Part shown: positions 43,421-52,797 of the stretch, piece by piece
Layout of the letters: the number at the start of each line of letters is the position of its first letter
How positions within the stretch are numbered: position 1 is the first letter of the stretch
Assembly (NCBI GenBank): GCA_016934745.1
Contig: JAFGSF010000042.1
Coordinates: 1,202-65,201, forward strand
Length of the DNA: 64,000 nt
Direction of reading: 5' to 3'
Origin: Candidatus Aminicenantes bacterium
GTDB taxonomy: Bacteria > Acidobacteriota > Aminicenantia > UBA2199
Translations under genes and position numbers: made by a program
The notes under the pieces: model-generated
The model's input: the letters and a program-made list of their open reading frames with translations, nothing else
Told to the model about the DNA's origin: nothing
Databases searched by the model: none

Positions 43421-44780
43421 CCAGATCGCGGTCCTGGGATTCGGAAAAACAGGCCAGGCCGTACTGGAATTTGTTTTAACCCATGAGCCCGGTGCGTCCG
43501 TGGTTCTTTTCAACGACGCTGAAATTGCAGATCGCGAACGGCAGGAATTTTTTGCCAAGCGCGGGGTGCGTTTTTTAATTGGCGCCGAAAAATTTTCCGA
43601 GCTTGCCGCGTGCCGTTTGGTTATCCTGAGTCCTGGCTTTGATGGGAAACTGCCCCGGTTTTCCGCCTTGCGCATGAAGGGGGTCGAAGTCATATCTGAA
43701 ATCGAATATGCCTATGGCCTGATCCAGGCCAGGATCATTGCCGTCAGCGGCAGCAACGGCAAGTCAACCACTGTCAGCCTGATCCATCATGTATTGATTC
43801 ATTCCGGGCGGAAAAGCATTTTGGCGGGCAATATTGGCTTCCCGCTCATCGCCCGGGTTGGAGATATTCATGATGATTCCATTGTAGTCCTTGAGCTATC
43901 CAGTTTTCAATTGGAGGAAATCGTTGATTTCAGGGCCGATGTGGCCGTGCTGCTCAATATTACTCCCGACCACATGGACCGCTATCCTTCCATGGCTGCA
44001 TATGCCCATGCCAAGTACAACCTGTTTAAAAATCAACGGCCCGCCGATCTCATGGTGTTGAATGCCGATGACCCCCTGCTGCATGACGTCAAACAACTGG
44101 GGCCTGGAAAGCCCTGGTGGTTTTCCAGTACGCAGGCAGTGGCGGATGGGGCATTTTTGGAAAGCCAGGGCATCAGCCTGAGCATCGGCGCGGAACCAGA
44201 AAGAATTTCATTGCAATGCAATCCGCTGCGCGGCATTCATAATTTGGAAAACATCATGGCCGCCACCCTGGCTTGCCGCGCCGTCGGCTTGACTCCTGCT
44301 GAGATTGAATCGGGTTTAAAGTCTTTTCAGGGTTTGCCGCACCGCATGGAAGTGGTGGGATCGGTCGGCCGGGTGGAATTCATCAATGATTCCAAGGCCA
44401 CCAATGTCGACGCGGCCCTGAAATCCATTGCCAGTATCGAAGGTAACCTGGTGGTTATTCTGGGTGGAAAAGACAAGGGCTCCGATTTTGGCGGTCTAGA
44501 AAAAAGCCTGGCGAAAAAAGCACGGAAGATTCTGCTGATGGGGCAGGCGGCCCCTCTGATTGCCGCCCAATTGTCTGCGTTGGAAAAAAAACTGATCCAT
44601 GTCCGTGATCTGAATGAAGCGGTCCATAGCGGCTATGAGATTTTAAGACAGGAAGGCGGCGTCGTATTGCTGACCCCGGCATGCGCCAGTTTTGACATGT
44701 TTGAAAACTTTGAACACCGTGGCCGCGTGTTTAATCAGGAAGTGACGATGCTGCGCGGCAGGGAAATGAAAAATGGTTAA
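43410..44780 (+). CDS. murD: UDP-N-acetylmuramoylalanine--D-glutamate ligase
   Basis: MKDNQIAVLGFGKTGQA... and VSGSNGKSTT. ATG 43410 overlaps the murF stop. Confidence 0.9.
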   Translation: MKDNQIAVLGFGKTGQAVLEFVLTHEPGASVVLFNDAEIADRERQEFFAKRGVRFLIGAEKFSELAACRLVILSPGFDGKLPRFSALRMKGVEVISEIEYAYGLIQARIIAVSGSNGKSTTVSLIHHVLIHSGRKSILAGNIGFPLIARVGDIHDDSIVVLELSSFQLEEIVDFRADVAVLLNITPDHMDRYPSMAAYAHAKYNLFKNQRPADLMVLNADDPLLHDVKQLGPGKPWWFSSTQAVADGAFLESQGISLSIGAEPERISLQCNPLRGIHNLENIMAATLACRAVGLTPAEIESGLKSFQGLPHRMEVVGSVGRVEFINDSKATNVDAALKSIASIEGNLVVILGGKDKGSDFGGLEKSLAKKARKILLMGQAAPLIAAQLSALEKKLIHVRDLNEAVHSGYEILRQEGGVVLLTPACASFDMFENFEHRGRVFNQEVTMLRGREMKNG

Positions 44781-45879
44781 GAGCAGCGGCATTGACCGGA
44801 CTTTACTGATGGTTTCCCTCTTGCTGATGGCCATCGGTTTCCTGATGATATTCAGCACCACCCCGGTCATCGCCCGCGAAAAGTTCGGTGACAGCTTTCT
44901 TTTTTTTAAAAGGCAATTGCTCTGGCTGTGCCTGGGATTGATTGTGTTTGCAGTTTTGATTTTCATCAAAAAGCCTTTTTATTTGAATCAGCGGCTGGTC
45001 ATGGTTATCATGGCCATGACTTTTACCGGCTTGTCATTGGTTTTTTTCTTTGAAAAAATCAACAATACCAGCCGCTGGATTCGTTTTGGCGGTTTTTCCG
45101 TACAGCCTTCGGAGTTTGCCAAACTGGCCCTGGTGCTCTATCTGGCCCTGATGCTGAGCCGAAAAGAGACCGACGTCAACAATGTCAAAAATCTGGGTCT
45201 GCTTCTGTTGCCGGTTGCTTTTATGGAAGGACTCATTCTAAAAGAGCCGGATTTCGGCAATTTCGTCCTGATCGGGATAATCACCCTGGTTATGCTTTTC
45301 GTGGCCGGCGTGCATTTGAAATATTTTGCTATTTTATTTGCCTTGCTAATCCCGCTTTTAATCATGCTGATCCACATCGATCCCATGCGTCAGGACAGGA
45401 TCAGGAGTTTTCTCAATCCCGAAGACTATGCCTCGGGACAGGGGTTTCAAGTCCTGCAATCGACTTACGCCATAGGGTCTGGGGGGCTCTTCGGTCAAGG
45501 AGTCGGAAATTCAACCCAGAAATTATTTTACCTTCCCTATGCCTACTCGGATTTCATCTATGCCATCATTGCCGAAGAACTTGGTTTTTTTGGAGCCCTG
45601 ACCGTGATTATGCTTTTTGTTTTCTATTATCTTCGCGGCATGATTATTGCCAGGCAATCGGAAAACCCGCATACCTACCTGCTGGTGACCGGGCTGGTGT
45701 GCCTGATTGTCATCCAGTCAATGATCAACATATCGGTGGCCGTCGGCCTTCTTCCCACCAAGGGCATCCCGCTGCCGTTCATTTCTTCAGGAGGGTCCTC
45801 TTTGCTAAGCAGTCTGATAATTACCGGAATCATTCTCAATATATCGCGGCAACGCAAGGTGGTTTTTGGCAATGATTGA
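44773..45879 (+). CDS. ftsW: SEDS-family peptidoglycan glycosyltransferase FtsW
   Basis: FtsW/RodA/SpoVE-type polytopic protein (PSEFAKL, GLLPTKGIPLPFISSGGSS). Confidence 0.9.
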   Translation: MVKSSGIDRTLLMVSLLLMAIGFLMIFSTTPVIAREKFGDSFLFFKRQLLWLCLGLIVFAVLIFIKKPFYLNQRLVMVIMAMTFTGLSLVFFFEKINNTSRWIRFGGFSVQPSEFAKLALVLYLALMLSRKETDVNNVKNLGLLLLPVAFMEGLILKEPDFGNFVLIGIITLVMLFVAGVHLKYFAILFALLIPLLIMLIHIDPMRQDRIRSFLNPEDYASGQGFQVLQSTYAIGSGGLFGQGVGNSTQKLFYLPYAYSDFIYAIIAEELGFFGALTVIMLFVFYYLRGMIIARQSENPHTYLLVTGLVCLIVIQSMINISVAVGLLPTKGIPLPFISSGGSSLLSSLIITGIILNISRQRKVVFGND

Positions 45880-47257
45880 AACCAGCCGGATTAAAAAAAT
45901 TCATTTTGCCGGGATCGGCGGTTCGGGCATGTCGGGAATAGCTGAAGTGCTGCACAACATGGGGTTCGAGATTTCCGGGTCCGATATCTCTGAAAATGAA
46001 ACCGTGCGCCGCCTAACTGAGAAAGGAATCCGCATTGCCATCGGTCATGCCAGGGAAAACGTCGGCGCAGCGGAAGCCTTGGTCTATTCCAGCGCCATCA
46101 CGGAAGATAATGTCGAAGTGCTTGCAGCGCTTAAAAACAAGCTGCCGGTCATCCCCCGGGCTGAAATGCTGGCTGAACTGATGCGCATGAAGTTTTCCCT
46201 GGCTGTGGCCGGCACGCACGGCAAAACCACCACCACCTCCATGTTGGCGACCATTCTGACCCGGGCCGGATTGGATCCAACCTATGTGGTTGGCGGCCGG
46301 TTGAAGGTCGAAGGGAGCGGAGCCAAGCTCGGTTCCTCGCGCTACCTGGTGGCCGAAGCAGATGAATCAGACGGAAGTTTTTTAAGGCTTTTTCCTACGT
46401 TGGCCGTGGTGACCAACATTGAAAATGACCATCTGGAGTTTTACGGCCGGATGAAAAACCTGCTCCAGGCCTTCAGGCAGTTTGCCGATAAAGTTCCGTT
46501 TTATGGCGCGGTTATCCTTAATGCCGACTGCCCGAATACCAATAAAATCATGCCGCTGATCCGCAAAAAAATAGTCACCTTCGGTTTCTCGGCTGCGGCC
46601 GATATCCGGGCCGTAAAAGTAAAAATGACCAGCTTCACCACGACCTACCAGTTGCTGGTGCAGGGCCGGGAGACGGGATCGCTGCACTTGAACGTGGGTG
46701 GGAAACACAACGTGGCCAATTCGCTGGCCGCCATCAGTGCCGCACTGGAAGTGGGCGTGGACCTGGAGACGATCAGGGCCAGCTTGGAAAGATTCAACCT
46801 GCCCGAAAGACGCTTCCAGGTATTGTATTCCAGTCCCTCGCTGCTGATCATTGATGATTACGCCCACCATCCCAGTGAGATCAAAGCCACACTCAAGACG
46901 CTGCGCTGCAGCCCCTGCCAAAGAATCGTCGCTGTGTTTCAACCGCATCGTTTTACGCGCCTGCAGATTTTAATGAAGCAGTTCGCTACAGCATTCAAGG
47001 CCGTCGATGTGCTGGTCGTCGCTAAACTATACAATGCCAACCAGAAGGAGATTCCCGGCGTCAGCAGCCGGGTTCTGGCCGATCACATCCGCAGCCGCGG
47101 GCAGAACAATGTTTTCCACCTGGATTCTTTTGACGAAATCAGTGAATTTCTGCGCCGCCTGCTTCGTGAAGGTGACGGGCTGGTTTTCCTTTCTGCCGGC
47201 AACCTCACCGGATTGGCCCACGATTTTGCTGCGGAAATGGAGAGTATGAAAAAATGA
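45872..47257 (+). CDS. murC: UDP-N-acetylmuramate--L-alanine ligase
   Basis: HFAGIGGSGMSGIAEVL, VAGTHGKTTTTSM. ATG 45872 overlaps the ftsW stop (the track gives TTG 45866). Confidence 0.9.
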   Translation: MIETSRIKKIHFAGIGGSGMSGIAEVLHNMGFEISGSDISENETVRRLTEKGIRIAIGHARENVGAAEALVYSSAITEDNVEVLAALKNKLPVIPRAEMLAELMRMKFSLAVAGTHGKTTTTSMLATILTRAGLDPTYVVGGRLKVEGSGAKLGSSRYLVAEADESDGSFLRLFPTLAVVTNIENDHLEFYGRMKNLLQAFRQFADKVPFYGAVILNADCPNTNKIMPLIRKKIVTFGFSAAADIRAVKVKMTSFTTTYQLLVQGRETGSLHLNVGGKHNVANSLAAISAALEVGVDLETIRASLERFNLPERRFQVLYSSPSLLIIDDYAHHPSEIKATLKTLRCSPCQRIVAVFQPHRFTRLQILMKQFATAFKAVDVLVVAKLYNANQKEIPGVSSRVLADHIRSRGQNNVFHLDSFDEISEFLRRLLREGDGLVFLSAGNLTGLAHDFAAEMESMKK

Positions 47258-48057
47258 GCGACACCCGCAGCCATTCATTGAAATTCGAAGCCGAGTTTTT
47301 TCGAAAAAGCAATAATCTCACCTTGACCCGTGAAAAAAAAATTCGTTCGATTCAAATGCGCAGTATGCATATTTGTTTGCTGCTGCTGGTGACTTTGCTG
47401 GTGGGTTTTAGTGTTTACAAGGCAGCCGTTTTCCTGCTCGAATGCGACATGTTGCAGGTGCGTTCCTACCGTTTGCGACGGCAGCCGGTTTTTGCTAGAG
47501 AGGAAGTCAGAAGAATTCTCAGCCACCGAGCCGGAAATATTCTGACCCTGGACCTGCGTAGCCTGCGTGCTCAATTGCTGCGCTTGCCTGAAGTCGAAAA
47601 TGTGGCCATCAGTCGGATTTTGCCCGACACGGTGGAAATCGACTTTATACTGCGCCAGCCTCTTTTTTATACCAACCAAAATGGTGTGTATCAGTTGCTG
47701 GATGCCAGCGGCCTGGTGCTTGGTGAGCAGGCAGCCGAGCCCAAGGGGCTGATCCCCATTCGCGGCAACGATATGTCGCTCATGAGTCAAATTGCCGCCA
47801 TTTCCGAAGAATTGCTGCCCATGCGCCAAAAAATCGAATATATAGGTTACCATGAACCGGTTGGCATCGAACTTAAACTGCGCTCCAGCCCGGAGGTTTT
47901 TTTCCCGGGCCTGGACGGGTTTGTAAAAAAAATAAACCGCTATTTCAAAATAAAGCCGCATCTGCCGATGCACGGTGCACGGATCCGCAACGTGGATTTG
48001 CGTCTGGCCGGGCGGATTTATTTTGAATGTTTTGCTGAACCGCAGGGGGAGTCATGA
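47254..48057 (+). CDS. ftsQ: cell division protein FtsQ (POTRA domain)
   Basis: N-terminal TM helix plus a POTRA-like region. Position is between murC and ftsA. ATGA overlaps occur at both ends. Confidence 0.75.
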   Translation: MSDTRSHSLKFEAEFFRKSNNLTLTREKKIRSIQMRSMHICLLLLVTLLVGFSVYKAAVFLLECDMLQVRSYRLRRQPVFAREEVRRILSHRAGNILTLDLRSLRAQLLRLPEVENVAISRILPDTVEIDFILRQPLFYTNQNGVYQLLDASGLVLGEQAAEPKGLIPIRGNDMSLMSQIAAISEELLPMRQKIEYIGYHEPVGIELKLRSSPEVFFPGLDGFVKKINRYFKIKPHLPMHGARIRNVDLRLAGRIYFECFAEPQGES

Positions 48058-49274
48058 AGAACAATTATCTGGTCGGCATTGATATCGGTACCAAAAAAAT
48101 ATGCACGCTCATCGCCCAAATCAAGTCGGATGGAAAAAAGGAAGACGTGGAAATCATTGGCTATGGAATTGCCGAATCCAAGGGCTTGCGCAAGGGAGCC
48201 ATCGTCAATATGGAAGAGACCGTCGAGGACATCAAGAAATCGATCAAGGACGCGGAATTGACTGCCGGCGTGATGATCGAATCGGCCTATGTGAATATTT
48301 CCGGCAAGCATATTCAAAGCATCAACGCCAAGGGCAGCATCAATATTACCGGGCGCAGCAAGGAAATTTCCAGAGAGGACGTCGAACGGGCCATCACCCA
48401 CGCCAGCGCCATCATGCTTCCCGGAGACCGAACCGTGCTGCATGTTTTGCCCCAGGAATATATCGTCGATTCCCAGGACGGAATCAAAAATCCGGTGGGC
48501 ATGGTCGGAACCAATCTCGATGTCTACATCCACATCATCACCGGGTCGATCACGGCTACCAAAAATTTGCTGCTTTGCCTGAAAAAAGCAAAAATCAATG
48601 TCCTGGGCATGGTGCTTTCTCATATTGCTTCGGCGGAAGCGGTCCTGACCCAGGATGAAAAGGAACTGGGAGTCCTTTCCGTTGATATCGGCGGCGGGAC
48701 GACCGATATTGCTGTTTTTGAAAAGGGGGCGATCAGCTTTTCAGGAACCATTCCCTACGGCGGGGATAACTTCACCAACGACCTGTCAATCGGGATCCGT
48801 ACCGCGATTGATCGCGCTGAAAAAATCAAGCGCCGATACGGATGCGCCCTGGACCCGAACTTGAAAGATGAAACTTTCGAAGTTCCGTCGGTTAGCGGTA
48901 AAAAACCGCGCCAGATATCCACATCGCTGCTGATGAATATTTTAAAGCCACGGGCGTTCGAAATATTTGAAATGGTCAAGATGGAAATTGAAAAAGAAGG
49001 CCTGCAGAATTCGATCAATGCCGGTGTCGTGATCAGCGGTGGCACCGCGCTGCTGGACGGCATCCTGGACGTAGCCGATGGCATTTTTTCCATTCCGGTG
49101 CGTATTGGCTCGCCTTTCGGCATCGGCGGCTTGATCGACAAGGTCAATACTCCTGAGTTCGCCACGGCGGTGGGATTGATCAAGTATGGTTTCAGTGACA
49201 TGAAAGACAAAGGGTTTATCCGCAATAAACCGAAAAATATTTCCCAGAAAATCAAAAACTATTTTGGAATTTAG
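48054..49274 (+). CDS. ftsA: cell division protein FtsA
   Basis: Actin-like ATPase motifs VGIDIGTKKIC and SVDIGGGTTDIAVF. Confidence 0.9.
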   Translation: MKNNYLVGIDIGTKKICTLIAQIKSDGKKEDVEIIGYGIAESKGLRKGAIVNMEETVEDIKKSIKDAELTAGVMIESAYVNISGKHIQSINAKGSINITGRSKEISREDVERAITHASAIMLPGDRTVLHVLPQEYIVDSQDGIKNPVGMVGTNLDVYIHIITGSITATKNLLLCLKKAKINVLGMVLSHIASAEAVLTQDEKELGVLSVDIGGGTTDIAVFEKGAISFSGTIPYGGDNFTNDLSIGIRTAIDRAEKIKRRYGCALDPNLKDETFEVPSVSGKKPRQISTSLLMNILKPRAFEIFEMVKMEIEKEGLQNSINAGVVISGGTALLDGILDVADGIFSIPVRIGSPFGIGGLIDKVNTPEFATAVGLIKYGFSDMKDKGFIRNKPKNISQKIKNYFGI

Positions 49275-49283
49275 GAGGCGCAC

Positions 49284-50501
49284 ATGGACGATGACATTAA
49301 AATCCTGTATGGCCGCGAAAAAAAACGCGGTGCCGTGTTAAAGGTCATCGGCGTGGGCGGTGCCGGTGGAAATGCCATCAACCGCATGATCGAAGAGGAT
49401 TTGAAGGGCGTCGAATTCATAGCCGTGAATACCGATATGCAGGTTTTATCCACCATTCAGACTCCGGCACTGAAATTGCAGATCGGTGACAAGATTACCA
49501 AGGGACTGGGGGCGGGGTCCAATCCCGATATCGGCGAGCAGGCGGCCTTGGATGATACCGGACCGATTATCGAGGTTCTGGAAGGCGCGCATATGGTTTT
49601 CATCACGGCCGGCATGGGGGGAGGGACGGGTACCGGGGCTTCGCATGTCATCGCCAACCATGCTTCCACCATGGGTATTCTGACCGTGGCCGTGGTCAGC
49701 AAGCCGTTCCACTTTGAAAAGGAAAAAAGGATGCGCGTGGCCGAGGAAGGGATTCGCAAGTTAAGGGAGAATGTCGATGCCATCATCATCATTCCCAATC
49801 AGAAGCTGCTCGAACTGGGCGATGCCGATATCACTTACAAGAATGCCTACAAAAAAGCCGATGAAGTTTTGCTGCAGGCCGTGCGCGGCATTTCGGACAT
49901 CATCAACAGCACCGGGGCCCAGAATGTCGATTTTGCCGACGTCAAAGCCACTATGGTCGGCCGGGGCATCACCCTGATGGGAACCGGCGAAGCCAAGGGC
50001 GAAAATCGGGCCGAAGAAGCCACCAAACGGGCCATGAATTCTCCGCTGCTGGATAATCTGTCCATCAACGGCGCTACCGGCATCCTGTACAACATTACCG
50101 CGTCCGCCACGTTGACCCTGGCTGAAATCGAAAAGATCTCCGACCTGATAACCCGCAACGCCGATGCGGACGCCACGATAAAATTCGGAGTCATTGTCGA
50201 TGAAAATATCGGGGATATTCTGCGCGTAACCGTGATTGCCACCGGTTTCAAAGAGGTTAAAAACGAGTCCCAGGGCCGCAGCAAGACTCCTTCGGCTGCG
50301 TTTGTTCCCAGCGAGCCGTCGTACCGCCAGCCGACGCCGGCCCAGCCTTTTCTCATTCAAAACCGGCCCAGTAGCAGTGTCGATGTCAGCAGATATGTCA
50401 ACGACAGTAGCATGCCCAACATGACCCATGGCCCGGAAAATTTCGATGATCCCCTCGACATTCCGACTTTTCAGAGGCTGAATCCGATCAGAAAAAAGTA
50501 G
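49284..50501 (+). CDS. ftsZ: cell division GTPase FtsZ
   Basis: GVGGAGGNAINRM and tubulin signature GMGGGTGTGA. C-terminal DIPTFQR peptide. Confidence 0.95.
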   Translation: MDDDIKILYGREKKRGAVLKVIGVGGAGGNAINRMIEEDLKGVEFIAVNTDMQVLSTIQTPALKLQIGDKITKGLGAGSNPDIGEQAALDDTGPIIEVLEGAHMVFITAGMGGGTGTGASHVIANHASTMGILTVAVVSKPFHFEKEKRMRVAEEGIRKLRENVDAIIIIPNQKLLELGDADITYKNAYKKADEVLLQAVRGISDIINSTGAQNVDFADVKATMVGRGITLMGTGEAKGENRAEEATKRAMNSPLLDNLSINGATGILYNITASATLTLAEIEKISDLITRNADADATIKFGVIVDENIGDILRVTVIATGFKEVKNESQGRSKTPSAAFVPSEPSYRQPTPAQPFLIQNRPSSSVDVSRYVNDSSMPNMTHGPENFDDPLDIPTFQRLNPIRKK

Positions 50502-50551
50502 TCTGCTGCGCTGACACTCATGGAGCCGGGTCGTCAAAAAACAGAAAAGCA

Positions 50552-50580
50552 TTGAATCTTGCAAGTAACTCTTCTACAAT
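50552..50580 (+). promoter_or_regulatory. candidate promoter giving a leaderless hutI transcript (TTGAAT-N17-TACAAT)
   Basis: The -10 ends at 50580. The hutI ATG begins at 50587 (6 nt later) with no SD sequence. Confidence 0.4.
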
Positions 50581-50586
50581 AACTTC

Positions 50587-51894
50587 ATGATTGCTGTCGA
50601 TTGCGTCGTAAAAAATATCGGTCAACTGGTTAATCCCGGCTCCGACCGGGTCGTGCGCGGCAGGGAAAGCAACACTCTGCGGGTGCAGGAAAATGTCTGT
50701 ATCGCCGCCCAAAACGGCATCATTCTGTTTATCGGCCCCGAAGCTGATTTTCAGCGCCAATGCCGGCTTGAAGCCGGGGGGATGGAAATCGACGCCCAGG
50801 GTTTCGTGGCTCTGCCGGGTTTTGTCGATCCCCATACCCACCTGCCATTCGCCGGTACGCGCCAGGATGAATTCCAGCTGAAGCTGCAGGGTGTCAGTTA
50901 CCAGGAAATCGCCAGCCGCGGCGGCGGCATCAAGGGCACGGTGCGAAAGACCAGAGGCATCAGCCGACAGGACCTGGTCGTGATTTGTCAAAAACGGCTC
51001 GAGCTCATGCTGCTCAGCGGTACGACCACCCTGGAAGCGAAAAGCGGTTACGGATTGGACTCTGAAACGGAATTGAAGCAGCTCGAAGCGCTAAAATCCT
51101 TGTCCGTTCTGCAACCGCTGGATATCGTGCCCACGTTCATGGGAGCTCACGAGATTCCGGACGAGTTTTCCGGCAATCCCCGGGCATATCTTGAATTCGT
51201 TCTGGCTGAAGTCTTGCCCGAAGTGGCTACAAAAAAACTGGCGGAATTTGTCGATATTTTTTGCGAGCAAGGCTACTTTTCCTATGCCGATGCCGAGTTT
51301 TATTTAACCCAGGCCGCGGCCCGCGGTTTTAAACTCAAAGTGCATGCCGATGAATTCAGCAGCAACGGCGCCGGAGAACTGGCGGCACGCCTGCATGCCC
51401 GGTCGGCGGAACATTTGATCGCAGTCAGCGATGCCGAAATAGCCAAACTCGCCCCCTCAGACACTGCCTGCGTGCTGCTGCCCGGGGTCTCTTTTTTTCT
51501 TAAACTCGGGCATTATGCCCCGGCGCAGAAAATATTGGCAGCGGACGGCATTGTCGCCCTGGGCAGCGACTTCAATCCCGGCAGTTCGATGATTTCATCG
51601 CAGTTGTTCATTTTTCAACTGGCCGTTTTTCAAATGGGCTTGACCATTGAACAAGCCTTGAACGCGGTGACCATTAATGCCGCGTATGCCATTGACCGTC
51701 AGGAGCAGGTCGGTTCGTTGTCCACGGGGAAAAAACTGGACCTGCTGCTGCTGGATATTCCCGATTACCGTTACCTGGCCTACCAGCCGGGAATTCAACC
51801 GGTGCACACGGTACTCAAGTCAGCCCGACGCGTAGTCGACAACCGACGGATCGTTTTATCACCAAAAAAAGCAGGAGGGCCCGATGATTCGTAG
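50587..51894 (+). CDS. hutI: imidazolonepropionase
   Basis: GFVDPHTHLPFAGTR..EF..KL.GVSYQEIASRGGGI; HADE; amidohydrolase fold. Confidence 0.85.
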   Translation: MIAVDCVVKNIGQLVNPGSDRVVRGRESNTLRVQENVCIAAQNGIILFIGPEADFQRQCRLEAGGMEIDAQGFVALPGFVDPHTHLPFAGTRQDEFQLKLQGVSYQEIASRGGGIKGTVRKTRGISRQDLVVICQKRLELMLLSGTTTLEAKSGYGLDSETELKQLEALKSLSVLQPLDIVPTFMGAHEIPDEFSGNPRAYLEFVLAEVLPEVATKKLAEFVDIFCEQGYFSYADAEFYLTQAAARGFKLKVHADEFSSNGAGELAARLHARSAEHLIAVSDAEIAKLAPSDTACVLLPGVSFFLKLGHYAPAQKILAADGIVALGSDFNPGSSMISSQLFIFQLAVFQMGLTIEQALNAVTINAAYAIDRQEQVGSLSTGKKLDLLLLDIPDYRYLAYQPGIQPVHTVLKSARRVVDNRRIVLSPKKAGGPDDS

Positions 51895-52684
51895 CATGGC
51901 CGTGGCCGGTCAATTTTATCCGGCCGACAAGGGCACCCTGGAAAAAGAACTGAAAAAAATGGTGCCTGCCGGGGAAAAGCCACAAAAAGTTATAGGCCTG
52001 CTCGCGCCTCATGCCGGCTATATGTATTCCGGGACCTGCGCCGGTCAAGTCTTCGGCCGGGTCACGTTGAGCGAAACCGTCATCATCCTGGGCGTCAACC
52101 ATCGTGGTTATGGCGCCGACCTGGCCCTGGACGGCAATGATTTCTGGGAAACGCCACTGGGCAATGTGGCCGTTGACTCGGATTTGCGTTCTCGTCTGTT
52201 GGATGCATCAAAGTTGTTTACGATTGACAGCGAGGCCAGCCGGCTGGAGCACTCCCTGGAAGTCCAGGTGCCTTTCGTCAAGTATTGCAATCCCGAATCG
52301 CGGATTCTGCCCATTACGATCGCCGCCCATCGCCTGGCGGACCTGCTGGCTGCCGGTGAAGTTTTAGCCGGGCTGTTCAGAGAAAATACTAACGTGATGA
52401 TGGTCGCTTCCAGCGACATGAGTCATTACATTCCGGCCGCCAACGCCAAGGAACTCGATAGCAAGGCTATTGAGCCGATGCTCAAGCTGGATGCCCGGGA
52501 ATTGTACCGCACCGTCCAGGAAAACCGGATTTCCATGTGCGGGGTGGCGCCGGCCGTGATCATGCTGGCGGCGGCAAGGGAAGCAGGTGCTACCGGGGCC
52601 GAGCTGGTTTGCTATACAAATTCCGGTGAGGTGTCGGGGGACTTTAACGAGGTAGTCGGCTATGCCGGCTTGATCGTCTATTGA
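51884..52684 (+). CDS. amrB: Memo-like protein (AmmeMemoRadiSam system protein B family)
   Basis: MAVAGQFYPADKGTLEKEL...LLAPHAGYMYSG...SSDMSHY. Overlaps the hutI stop by 11 nt. Confidence 0.8.
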   Translation: MIRSMAVAGQFYPADKGTLEKELKKMVPAGEKPQKVIGLLAPHAGYMYSGTCAGQVFGRVTLSETVIILGVNHRGYGADLALDGNDFWETPLGNVAVDSDLRSRLLDASKLFTIDSEASRLEHSLEVQVPFVKYCNPESRILPITIAAHRLADLLAAGEVLAGLFRENTNVMMVASSDMSHYIPAANAKELDSKAIEPMLKLDARELYRTVQENRISMCGVAPAVIMLAAAREAGATGAELVCYTNSGEVSGDFNEVVGYAGLIVY

Positions 52685-52717
52685 CCGTCCCGAGTCGCGC
52701 CGGTCTTGGTTCTCTTT

Positions 52718-52746
52718 TTGACATCTGCCGCAAATTTCGCTATCTT
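52718..52746 (+). promoter_or_regulatory. candidate promoter (TTGACA-N17-TATCTT) upstream of the pcnB-like gene
   Basis: TTGACA 52718-52723, 17-nt spacer, TATCTT 52741-52746. Confidence 0.35.
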
Positions 52747-52797
52747 TGTGTTCGATGACAATTCCAGATCATGATCGTTGTTTTATTTTGCTAAGCC

